Part shown: positions 27,225 to 34,856 of the stretch, piece by piece | Numbering within the stretch: the stretch's first letter is position 1 | How the letters are laid out: each line of letters opens with the position of its first letter | Program-made: the position numbers and the translations under genes | The notes under the pieces: generated by a model | Told to the model about the DNA's origin: nothing | The model's database searches: none | Seen by the model: the letters and a program-made list of their open reading frames with translations, nothing else | Source of the DNA: a virus | Taxonomy: Duplodnaviria > Heunggongvirae > Uroviricota > Caudoviricetes | IMG/VR virus record: IMGVR_UViG_3300012933_000236 | Coordinates: 1 to 64,000 of that record | DNA length: 64,000 bases | Reading direction: 5' to 3' (one strand)

Positions 27225-27235
27225 GGTATAAAATC

Positions 27236-27424
27236 ATGCAACTAGTTTTAGCTAAAGAAAATGCAGATGGTAGTGCAGTATTTACTGTTGAAATGACAGC
27301 AGAAGAGAATCGTGCGTTTGTATTGCTAGGTATCAAAACAGCGATTCTAGCAGGTATTGAGAGTGCAAAGGATTGGGACGGTGAGAGTGATCTTATTGAT
27401 GTGGAAGATGCAAATAACCCTTGA
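27236..27424 (+). CDS. hypothetical protein
   Basis: 62 aa. Confidence 0.4.
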   Translation: MQLVLAKENADGSAVFTVEMTAEENRAFVLLGIKTAILAGIESAKDWDGESDLIDVEDANNP

Positions 27425-27454
27425 TTTTACTCAGATATGTTTTGAAGTAAAAAC

Positions 27455-27465
27455 TGTGCTACAAT
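27455..27465 (+). promoter_or_regulatory. extended -10 promoter TGTGCTACAAT
   Basis: Same motif as at 12825 and 28316; RBS AAGGAG follows. Confidence 0.45.
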
Positions 27466-27491
27466 AGAGTCATTGCAACAAGGAGTAAATC

Positions 27492-27743
27492 ATGAAATGC
27501 AAATTTAACGAAGGTTCTAACTTTGATCGTCAAGGTCATTGGGTAATCGCAAAATACATTGATCAAGCTTGGATTACTGGCACTGTAATGGAAACTCGTG
27601 TAAAATACGGTGGTAAAGTGCAGCATAGTATCGTAAGTGATTCACCTACATATATCGGTGAAGAACTGCGAGAAGTCGGTAGTACTTTCTTGGTTGAAGA
27701 AGGTGATGTATCTGAAGCTCAACAAATGGAGATTACATTGTGA
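27492..27743 (+). CDS. hypothetical protein
   Basis: 83 aa. Confidence 0.5.
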   Translation: MKCKFNEGSNFDRQGHWVIAKYIDQAWITGTVMETRVKYGGKVQHSIVSDSPTYIGEELREVGSTFLVEEGDVSEAQQMEITL

Positions 27744-27906
27744 ATTTATATCGTAAAATGCACAAAGAGTTCTTTCTTAATTGTGCTGGACATAGAATGG
27801 AGCATTTTCTTATGGTACTATCTGAACAACACATTCTATCTGGTAAGTGGGCAACAGAAGCTGAAATTGAAGATTTTACATTGGCATACATGCAAGGTGG
27901 CGAACT

Positions 27907-28131
27907 ATGAATATCAGAAAGCAACGAAAGTTAAAACTAAGGCATGTACCTAGATACAACCAAGGTGGTGAGGGTTTATATGCTGGACATTGTTGTAAAA
28001 CTTGCTATTTTGGTTACGGTAGGTTCTTTTCTTTACGGCATCTTTATAAGCATGAAGCTGCAGAAAATAACTATGATGGTATACTAAAGAAGTACTGGAA
28101 AGACTATGATATGTTTGGAGAAATACAATGA
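27907..28131 (+). CDS. hypothetical protein
   Basis: 74 aa. Confidence 0.4.
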   Translation: MNIRKQRKLKLRHVPRYNQGGEGLYAGHCCKTCYFGYGRFFSLRHLYKHEAAENNYDGILKKYWKDYDMFGEIQ

Positions 28132-28313
28132 TGGACAACTTTAACGACTACGTGAAGCTTGAAGCTATTTGTACGTACTTCAAAAGCTATGGTTACAAAG
28201 CTATTGTACATAATATGAGTATGTCAGTGCATGTAATGGATGAAGAAGTAATCCTTGTGTTTACTACATGGGAAGCTGCAAGAGAATTTATCAAAGAGCG
28301 TTCACAAGCTTGA
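28128..28313 (+). CDS. hypothetical protein
   Basis: 61 aa. Confidence 0.4.
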   Translation: MMDNFNDYVKLEAICTYFKSYGYKAIVHNMSMSVHVMDEEVILVFTTWEAAREFIKERSQA

Positions 28314-28315
28314 TT

Positions 28316-28326
28316 CTGTGCTATAA
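28316..28326 (+). promoter_or_regulatory. extended -10 promoter TGTGCTATAAT
   Basis: Third copy of the conserved early promoter motif. Confidence 0.45.
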
Positions 28327-28387
28327 TTCAGTCAGAGCAATCCCAACGGGGTTGTGATTTTTCATCGTAAACAAACTGGAGTTCTAA

Positions 28388-28810
28388 ATGGCTTATGTAT
28401 CTCAAGAAGTTATCACCAAAGCTCGTGCTGCACTGAAAGCACTCAATAAAGAGTATGGTGTAAAAGCTACCCTCAGTGGTAAAGGTGATAGTACATTGTA
28501 TTTGACTATTGCAGAAGGTAAGATTGATTTTATTACCAACTACTGCGAGAATGTAACTGCTAAACGCAGACAGCATGATACTGCACAAGTTATTGCTTGG
28601 GTTACAAAAGAGCAAAACATCAGTGTAAATCAGTATTATCTTGATATTTCATTCTCAGGTATTGCATTGGAGTATTTGGAGAAAGCTAAAGCTATTATGC
28701 ACGTTGATCATTGGGATAAGTCTGATATTCAATCTGACTATTTTAATTGTGCGTATTATGTGAACATTAGTGTTGGTCGTTGGAATAAACCGTATAAGTT
28801 CGTAAATTAA
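28388..28810 (+). CDS. hypothetical protein
   Basis: 140 aa. Confidence 0.5.
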   Translation: MAYVSQEVITKARAALKALNKEYGVKATLSGKGDSTLYLTIAEGKIDFITNYCENVTAKRRQHDTAQVIAWVTKEQNISVNQYYLDISFSGIALEYLEKAKAIMHVDHWDKSDIQSDYFNCAYYVNISVGRWNKPYKFVN

Positions 28811-28820
28811 GGAGAATCAA

Positions 28821-29072
28821 GTGAAAGCTAAAAACGTAATTGAAACAAAAACAGTAACTACTGGAGTACCTGAACTTCAAATTACATTATCCATTGAAGA
28901 AGCAAAAGCATTGCTTGCGTTAGGTTCTACATCCCGATTTAACCGCATTGATTTTCTTTCATATTCTGATACTGAAAGAAAATATACAGACAAGGTTGTC
29001 AATTGCTCTATAATCTTAGGTGATTTATTTCACGAAGCAAAAAATTTTTTGCATGATCAAGAATTAATTTAA
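28821..29072 (+). CDS. hypothetical protein (last gene of the early block)
   Basis: 83 aa, RBS AAGGAGAA. Confidence 0.5.
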   Translation: MKAKNVIETKTVTTGVPELQITLSIEEAKALLALGSTSRFNRIDFLSYSDTERKYTDKVVNCSIILGDLFHEAKNFLHDQELI

Positions 29073-29083
29073 AAATCCTACCA

Positions 29084-29125
29084 CCCCTTTCAGACTAAAA
29101 ATCTGCTAGGGGTTTTATTTTTATT
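29084..29125 (+). terminator. terminator-like hairpin closing the early block
   Basis: CCCCT...AGGGG stem with an inner CAGA/TCTG stem, followed by TTTTATTTTT. Confidence 0.45.
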
Positions 29126-29199
29126 TCAAAAACCCGCTTGCCTATTTTTTTTGAAAAGCCGCCTTGGGTATTGGTTGCATAAAAACCTAAACTTTATTA

Positions 29200-29345
29200 G
29201 GTGCGACTGAGCAGTCAGCGACTAGACCGTTCAGTCAGAAACTATACTGTTTAGTCACAAATATACCATTCAGTAATAAAATGAACAGTACAGTTATAGA
29301 CTAGACCGTTTAGTATAATTATGACGAAATAGTCAGAAAAATACC
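29200..29345. repeat. iteron-like direct repeats ((C/T)AGTCA(G/C) heptamers; AGACTAGACCGTTYAGT, 2 copies)
   Basis: cagtcag appears three times, plus tagtcac, cagtcac, tagtcag. A 17-nt repeat occurs at about 29218 and 29296. Confidence 0.5.
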
Positions 29346-29381
29346 GCACAGTCACAATTTAAACGCAATAGTTGCAAATAA

Positions 29382-29511
29382 GTTATGCACAGGATATTCA
29401 CAGGTTATACATTATCCACAGATCAGCAAGTATCATGCCAGAGTTATCCACAGGTTATCAGTCTTATATAAGAGTCAAAATGTGGATAACATGCACTACT
29501 GGTGTGGATAA
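29382..29511. promoter_or_regulatory. cluster of four perfect DnaA boxes (TTATCCACA), two on each strand, plus one 8/9 box; origin-like region
   Basis: Boxes at 29412-29420, 29444-29452, 29481-29489 (reverse) and 29503-29511 (reverse); TTATgCACA at 29382-29390. Confidence 0.6.
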
Positions 29512-29620
29512 CTTTTTCTAAGGGGATAGGCGCTTGAAAGGTCAAAACGGCTAAAAAGTGCCTTAAAACCCGTTTAAAAGGCATGTATAAAATTACAGTA
29601 TGGCATGAATTTTGCTCTTC

Positions 29621-29639
29621 GCGTGCGCGTGTGCGCGTT
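29621..29639. repeat. alternating purine-pyrimidine GC tract (CGCGTGCGCGTGTGCGCG), potentially Z-DNA-forming
   Basis: 19-nt GC-only alternating tract inside DNA that is more than 70% AT. Confidence 0.4.
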
Positions 29640-29658
29640 ATTTATAATGCACATAAAT

Positions 29659-29794
29659 GAGAAACAAAAGTTTACATAGGGTTTTCACTGTAAAAATAAT
29701 TCTCCAACATGAAACAAACCCTAAAATATCTGTATAATCAATTACATGGTGAAGCGATAGGGCGCACCTAGTAAACGAGAAACAAAAGTTTACA
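29659..29794. repeat. 18-bp direct repeat GAGAAACAAAAGTTTACA (two copies, 118 bp apart)
   Basis: Copies at 29659-29676 and 29777-29794, in non-coding AT-rich DNA. Confidence 0.45.
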
Positions 29795-30029
29795 GTTCTT
29801 TAACAATTGAGAGTTTTCCATTATTAGTGCAAATAAAAGTACTAATAACCCCAAAACTCACAAATGAAAGTATTAAATGAATATCAAATTACAATCAGAG
29901 AATGCCCTTATTGAAGCAATTCAAAAACGTTTAGATTTTTCATGCTTGGGTTTCTCAGATAATGGCAAGATTTCCCGATTTTGCCGCATTAGAAACGAAT
30001 GGATTATTTATTAAACTGGAATTTATATT

Positions 30030-30191
30030 ATGACAAAATCAAATGTTTTAAATGTTTTCACGATTATCTTTTTATTTATTGTAGCGTTATCTTGTATTTT
30101 CTCAGCCTTAATTTTTAATATCTGGCCATTATGTTTTTTGAGTATCTTATGTTCATTATGTGCATTTGTTTTAATGTTCAACGGTGAATAA
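30030..30191 (+). CDS. small membrane protein (53 aa)
   Basis: MTKSNVLNVFTIIFLFIVALSCIFSALIF... Confidence 0.3.
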   Translation: MTKSNVLNVFTIIFLFIVALSCIFSALIFNIWPLCFLSILCSLCAFVLMFNGE

Positions 30192-30269
30192 TGTTATCTG
30201 ATAATATATTAGAATAACCTAGTATATTATCGGGCTAATATTGGCCGATTCTCAAATGAGATAATCAAA
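30192..30269. repeat. intergenic inverted-repeat element (GATAATATAT, 13 nt, ATATATTATC; ATTATCGGG), copy 1
   Basis: tctgataatatattagaataacctagtatattatcgggc; related copies lie before each of the next three genes. Confidence 0.5.
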
Positions 30270-30527
30270 ATGAAATATACAAAGACTGTATTTATTAAAT
30301 CAGATAATCAATATGATCAATTTAAAGCCCTTAAAATCGGACAATGGGTAAATGGATTATTCCTTGATAATAAATCGGTATTATATCGGGGTCAATTTAT
30401 GGGTTTTGATAATAATGAAAAACCGATTATTAATTTTCGAATTGATAATGCAAAGCATAATCTAGATTGGAAGAATCAATTTATATCTAATAAATATCTC
30501 CGGCAGTTTGCTAAAGTGAAAGCCTGA
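30270..30527 (+). CDS. small hypothetical protein P1 (85 aa) of the repeat-flanked cassette
   Basis: Leader gagataatcaaaatgaaatat is shared with P3. AT-rich codon usage distinct from the rest of the phage. Confidence 0.5.
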   Translation: MKYTKTVFIKSDNQYDQFKALKIGQWVNGLFLDNKSVLYRGQFMGFDNNEKPIINFRIDNAKHNLDWKNQFISNKYLRQFAKVKA

Positions 30528-30601
30528 TAATGTCAGATATAATACCTTAATAATATAGGGTATTATGTCGGATAATATTGTCCGAAATGAAAGTTAATAT
30601 C
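30528..30601. repeat. intergenic repeat element copy 2 (CTGATAATGT...TATTATGTCGGATAATATTGTCCG)
   Basis: Imperfect palindrome TATTATgtcgGATAATA. Confidence 0.45.
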
Positions 30602-30817
30602 ATGAAATTGATTTCCACTATTAATAAGTCAATCGGTTTTCAAGCTAAAGTTTATTATAATGCAGATTATAATGAATATGTCGTTAAATATTATGATGAA
30701 AACAAACGGATTATGTCAGAATCAACTTTTTATTACACAGATGATAAAGAGGATGCAATTAATACTGCATATAAAGAATTAGAATATATGGCAAATAATA
30801 AAGTATTATCGGATTAA
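30578..30817 (+). CDS. small hypothetical protein P2 (start uncertain: 30578, 30590 or 30602)
   Basis: Y-rich core FQAKVYYNADYNEYVVKYYDENKRIM...FYYTDDKEDAINTAYKELEYM. Confidence 0.45.
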   Translation: MSEMKVNIMKLISTINKSIGFQAKVYYNADYNEYVVKYYDENKRIMSESTFYYTDDKEDAINTAYKELEYMANNKVLSD

Positions 30818-30831
30818 ATGGAGATAATCAA

Positions 30832-31056
30832 ATGAAATACATTAAGGCATTTAATATCTGGAATATACCGCAGGAATTAATTAAATATATTCAACCCGGT
30901 CAATATATCTATGCTGGAGATAAAGATAATAAAGGAATTTATCAGGGGATTAAAAAATCGGGTATTATTGTAGTCGCTTGGCAGGGAAATATTAATAATC
31001 AAAAGGATAAAAAACAATACATTAAAACATTAAGGGATTATGCAAAATCAAATTAA
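30832..31056 (+). CDS. small hypothetical protein P3 (74 aa), distant paralog of P1
   Basis: Leader ggagataatcaaatgaaatac nearly identical to that of P1; MKYIKAF... versus MKYTKTVF... Confidence 0.5.
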   Translation: MKYIKAFNIWNIPQELIKYIQPGQYIYAGDKDNKGIYQGIKKSGIIVVAWQGNINNQKDKKQYIKTLRDYAKSN

Positions 31057-31138
31057 ATAGTGTTTTCTGATAATATATCGGTTTAATTATCGGTATATTA
31101 TCGGGATGATATTATCCGAATCAAAATGAGTCTATATT
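31057..31138. repeat. intergenic repeat element copy 3 (CTGATAATATATCGG...ATTATCGGTATATTATCGGGATGATATTATCCG)
   Basis: Several overlapping GATAAT/ATTATCGG half-sites. Confidence 0.5.
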
Positions 31139-31897
31139 ATGACATGCACAAAATCAAGCGCACAATATAATGGTTTTAAATCAGATAATCTATTGAGTAT
31201 TTCAAGCGATGCAAAAACATCAAAAGGGGAAAAACTAGGGTTTCTCACTGGCATTCTATATCTCGCACCATATAAAACAATATCAATTTATAATACTTGC
31301 GCAATGGCTGAAATAGCGGGTTGTGCTGAAGCTTGCTTATATAGTGCAGGGCGTGGGGCTTATTCTAGCGTACAAAATGCCCGTATTAACAAAACAAATT
31401 GGTTTTATCAGGATAGAGAATCATTTATTCATCAATTGATTAAGAATATATATTCTCTTATTTATAAGGCCAATAAGCTAGGATTAACCCCATTGATTCG
31501 ACTCAATGGAACCTCAGATATTAAATGGGAGAATATCGGGTTTGATTATCAGGGAAAGCATTATAATAACATTATGGAATTATTCCCCGATATTCAATTC
31601 TACGATTATACAAAGATTATTAATCGAGATAATCTACCTGCTAATTATGACCTTACATTTTCATATTCAGGTAAACCAGAGTTTACTAAATATGTTAATC
31701 AAGCCATTGATAAAAATATGAGGATCGCAGTAGTATTTAAAGATAAATATAATCTACCTAATGAATTTATGGGTTTAACTGTAGTTAATGGCGATAATTC
31801 AGATATCAGGCACTTAGATGATAATGGGGTCATTGTTGCATTATATGCAAAGGGTAAAGCTAAAAAAGATAATACGGGTTTCGTAGTTAATAATTAA
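31139..31897 (+). CDS. hypothetical protein with Cys cluster (C-x7-C-x3-C)
   Basis: 252 aa with NTCAMAEIAGCAEACLYSAGRG. No family could be assigned. Confidence 0.55.
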   Translation: MTCTKSSAQYNGFKSDNLLSISSDAKTSKGEKLGFLTGILYLAPYKTISIYNTCAMAEIAGCAEACLYSAGRGAYSSVQNARINKTNWFYQDRESFIHQLIKNIYSLIYKANKLGLTPLIRLNGTSDIKWENIGFDYQGKHYNNIMELFPDIQFYDYTKIINRDNLPANYDLTFSYSGKPEFTKYVNQAIDKNMRIAVVFKDKYNLPNEFMGLTVVNGDNSDIRHLDDNGVIVALYAKGKAKKDNTGFVVNN

Positions 31898-32629
31898 TAA
31901 AGGATAATATAATGATTAAAACATTCTTTTATATCATCGGATTATCTTATATAGGTATCTGGTGCATTATTGGTTCAATCTTAATTTGTGCAGTAATTAA
32001 GCATGAGCTAAGGGGTTTTGCAGGGGTTTAAGCGCATAGAATCGTCGGGTTATATCTTAGGGTGTAATCCGGCTTTTTTACGTTATAGCGCATTTAAATG
32101 ATTATAGCTTTATTTAATGCATAGCTTAAACCGATAGCCGTTGACGGTATGCAACAAAAAGAGATTGTCGTTATAGCGCATAAAAAGCGACAATGTAACT
32201 ACTGTATAAAACCACAGCAGTACTACAGAAAAAATTTTCGTCACTGCCCAATATTATATTATCAGTCAAATACATAATACAGTGAAACCGAAATACAATC
32301 ATATGATGCTTCGCATAGTATAAACAAAAGAATAGCAGATATTTTAAAATCCTAGTATTATCACACCGTAAGAAACGTTGTCCCATCAAGCACCCAAGAC
32401 TTACAGCAAATAATAATCCGTATATCTATCCCGTAGGTTTTACCCTAAACAATCACCTAACAATTGCTTCCAAAGCTGTTATCAGCGTATTTACACCCTC
32501 AACAAGCTGATTAAAACCGCTTTAGACAGCCTTAAATTACACTCTACATAGCATCTATGCAGTTAAACCTTATAGTGCCTTCTAGAGCGTTTAAACCCTT
32601 GTACGTGCTCGACACTTGCTTTGATATTT

Positions 32630-32672
32630 ACCCAAAGAAAAAACCCCAAGGCTGTTAAACCAAGGGGTTGTA
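32630..32672 (-). terminator. terminator downstream of the ClpP-like gene
   Basis: Minus strand AACCCCTTGG...CCTTGGGGTT hairpin followed by TTTTTTCTTTGGG. Confidence 0.4.
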
Positions 32673-32687
32673 AATTTTAATTTTTAT

Positions 32688-33401
32688 TTATTTAGAATTA
32701 TCTTCTTTGAGCAGTTGCTTTAGACTTTTAGCTTCAGCTTTAGCTCTTTTCTCTTGCATTTGACTTCTGATCTCTAACCTTCGAATAATCTCTTCAGCAT
32801 CAAACCACATCTCTTTACCCATAATGACTTCTTCAAGTTCTTTATCGGTTAAAAAGTCCCTGTATACACTGTGCATCAATACTCTGACTTGCTTATCTAC
32901 GAATGAAGCGTGAGAAATAACATCAGACTGCTTACCAAAAGCTCCAAACGTAGCAGAGTGAACCATCATTGTAGCGTAAGGCGATACACTAATACTTGGT
33001 GATGCTAGTGCAATAAGAGAAGCCGCTGATGCAGCTACACCATCAATCTCAGCATGTACGTCAGCATCTGTATTCTCAATAGCGTTAATAATTGCGATTG
33101 CACCATCAAGTTGACCACCGTAGCTATTAATCTTCATGAGTACAACATCACCTTCACCCAAGGATTCGATACCTTGTAGCACTGTGCGATAATATTTAGC
33201 TTCTCTGATATTTTCATCTAAAGGAATCTTAATGCAGCGATTAGTCTTTGTACTTTCAAAATAAGGTAAGTATTGTGGATTGCTTCTGATATTTACTTCA
33301 CCTTCGTCATCATCGTCATCATTACGAGCTACTTTGATCTTAAAATTCTTGTAATTACTTACGTTTTGCTGAAAAATCTTTTTATGATTTTGATTTTGCA
33401 T
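32688..33401 (-). CDS. ClpP-like serine protease (S14 family)
   Basis: 237 aa. INSYGGQLDGAIAIINAI, GVAASAASLIALA (Ser nucleophile region) and MVHSATFG (His). Confidence 0.75.
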   Translation of the reverse strand: MQNQNHKKIFQQNVSNYKNFKIKVARNDDDDDEGEVNIRSNPQYLPYFESTKTNRCIKIPLDENIREAKYYRTVLQGIESLGEGDVVLMKINSYGGQLDGAIAIINAIENTDADVHAEIDGVAASAASLIALASPSISVSPYATMMVHSATFGAFGKQSDVISHASFVDKQVRVLMHSVYRDFLTDKELEEVIMGKEMWFDAEEIIRRLEIRSQMQEKRAKAEAKSLKQLLKEDNSK

Positions 33402-34164
33402 TGGTTACTCCTTTAGTATTAAATTGATCAGTTACACTAGACTTAGTAAATTCAGCTTCAATCTCGTCTTCAAAAGCAATTACGAACTCTTTAGTCAAAC
33501 CACTACGAACTACGTGCTCTCTACTGAAGGTAGTAAAGCTACAATCATTGATATTGTACTTCTGGCAAATCTTCTCTAAGTACGTTAGTCCATCCATACC
33601 TTTTTTAACATCAGTTTGTGGACCTGTGTTATCACCACAAAAGATAATTTGAGAGTCATTACCTACACGAGTAGTTAGTGCTTGAATCTCCGGTACAAAT
33701 AAATTCTGACTTTCATCTACAATAATGATGCTGTCATTCCAGCTTCTACCTCTAATAGTTTCCAAGCTACAAATCTCAATTGTTTTATTCTTAAGGTGAA
33801 TCTCTGTAGTTGCTTTACCTAGATAATCCTCAAAGTAGTCAATCATTTGCTGATAAAACGGAAGTAACTTCTCTTCTGCAGTACCCGGAAGAAAACCAAT
33901 ACTTCTACCAGCTAAAGGTTGGTACGCACGAATCAATACAACTTTCTTGATGTCACCGTAATGCAATTTCTTAGCTGCATGATGAATAGCTAACAAAGTT
34001 TTACCAGTACCTGCACTACCACGAGCTACAACTAAAGTATTATACTTTAAAGCTTCCAGTAATTCACTCTGTTTGTCATTCATTGCATGTAATACAGGAA
34101 ACTGACTACGTTGGAACTTCTCTTTTTGTACACGTTGTGATTGCACTTTTTGATTTCTTTTCAT
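33382..34164 (-). CDS. phoH: PhoH-like ATPase
   Basis: 260 aa. ARGSAGTGKTLLAIHHA Walker A, IIVDESQN Walker B. Confidence 0.85.
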   Translation of the reverse strand: MKRNQKVQSQRVQKEKFQRSQFPVLHAMNDKQSELLEALKYNTLVVARGSAGTGKTLLAIHHAAKKLHYGDIKKVVLIRAYQPLAGRSIGFLPGTAEEKLLPFYQQMIDYFEDYLGKATTEIHLKNKTIEICSLETIRGRSWNDSIIIVDESQNLFVPEIQALTTRVGNDSQIIFCGDNTGPQTDVKKGMDGLTYLEKICQKYNINDCSFTTFSREHVVRSGLTKEFVIAFEDEIEAEFTKSSVTDQFNTKGVTNAKSKS

Positions 34165-34238
34165 AAATCCCCTTTTACTACTTAGGATAAATTAATAATA
34201 TACCTTAATTATTATCTTAAGGTATTATGACGATAATA

Positions 34239-34484
34239 TCAAATATTATCTTTTGGTTTACGACCACGTTTAACTTCAGTATTATCTTGCACAATAACTT
34301 CAGTAACTAATTCATTTGTGTCTTCAATTTCAGGTTTAACCATACCTGCAACTAGCATCGAACCAAATGCAGTTGGGAATAATTCATTACTATTGAAGTC
34401 AAATCTCCAACCTTCAATGATACTTTGCTCTATCACTTGACAAAACTCATATAAGCTATAAGTTTCAATTTTCTTAATTTCCAT
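34239..34484 (-). CDS. hypothetical protein
   Basis: 81 aa, first gene of the leftward unit. Confidence 0.45.
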   Translation of the reverse strand: MEIKKIETYSLYEFCQVIEQSIIEGWRFDFNSNELFPTAFGSMLVAGMVKPEIEDTNELVTEVIVQDNTEVKRGRKPKDNI

Positions 34485-34630
34485 AAGTACTCCTTATTAA
34501 GTTGATCAACACTCACTATGTGTTAAATGAATTATAGCATAGGTGTCAGTGTAAGTCAACTAAATTATTTTGTAAAAGTACTTGACAAATACTATTTCGT
34601 GTGATACCCTAAGAAATACATAAGATATAA

Positions 34631-34856
34631 CATAGGTTATAACATTAGTTAGTACATAGAATATTACATAGGTTATAATATAGATTAACCTTATATTTAG
34701 TACTTATATAAGTATATCTAATAGTAACATCTACTGTTAACATTAAATGTACTAATAGTTTAATTGATTTATAAATAAGATATAAATAAACTAAAGATTA
34801 ATATAGGTTATAACATAGGATAAACTTCAGTTGATACTTTAAGTTATAACCTATAT
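34631..34856. promoter_or_regulatory. operator-like repeats built on the 14-bp palindrome TAGGTTATAACCTA (three direct half-site copies ATAGGTTATAAYAT, one inverted GTTATAACCTATAT)
   Basis: Copies at 34631-34645, 34667-34680, 34803-34818 and inverted at 34843-34856, in a roughly 440-nt AT-rich divergent intergenic region. Confidence 0.5.

Noticed and set aside
30192-31140. CRISPR array hypothesis for the repeated GATAAT/ATTATCGG elements
   Set aside because: The repeats are degenerate, of variable length and spacing, and flank or overlap protein-coding ORFs rather than separating uniform spacers. There are no cas genes. They are more likely operators or promoters.
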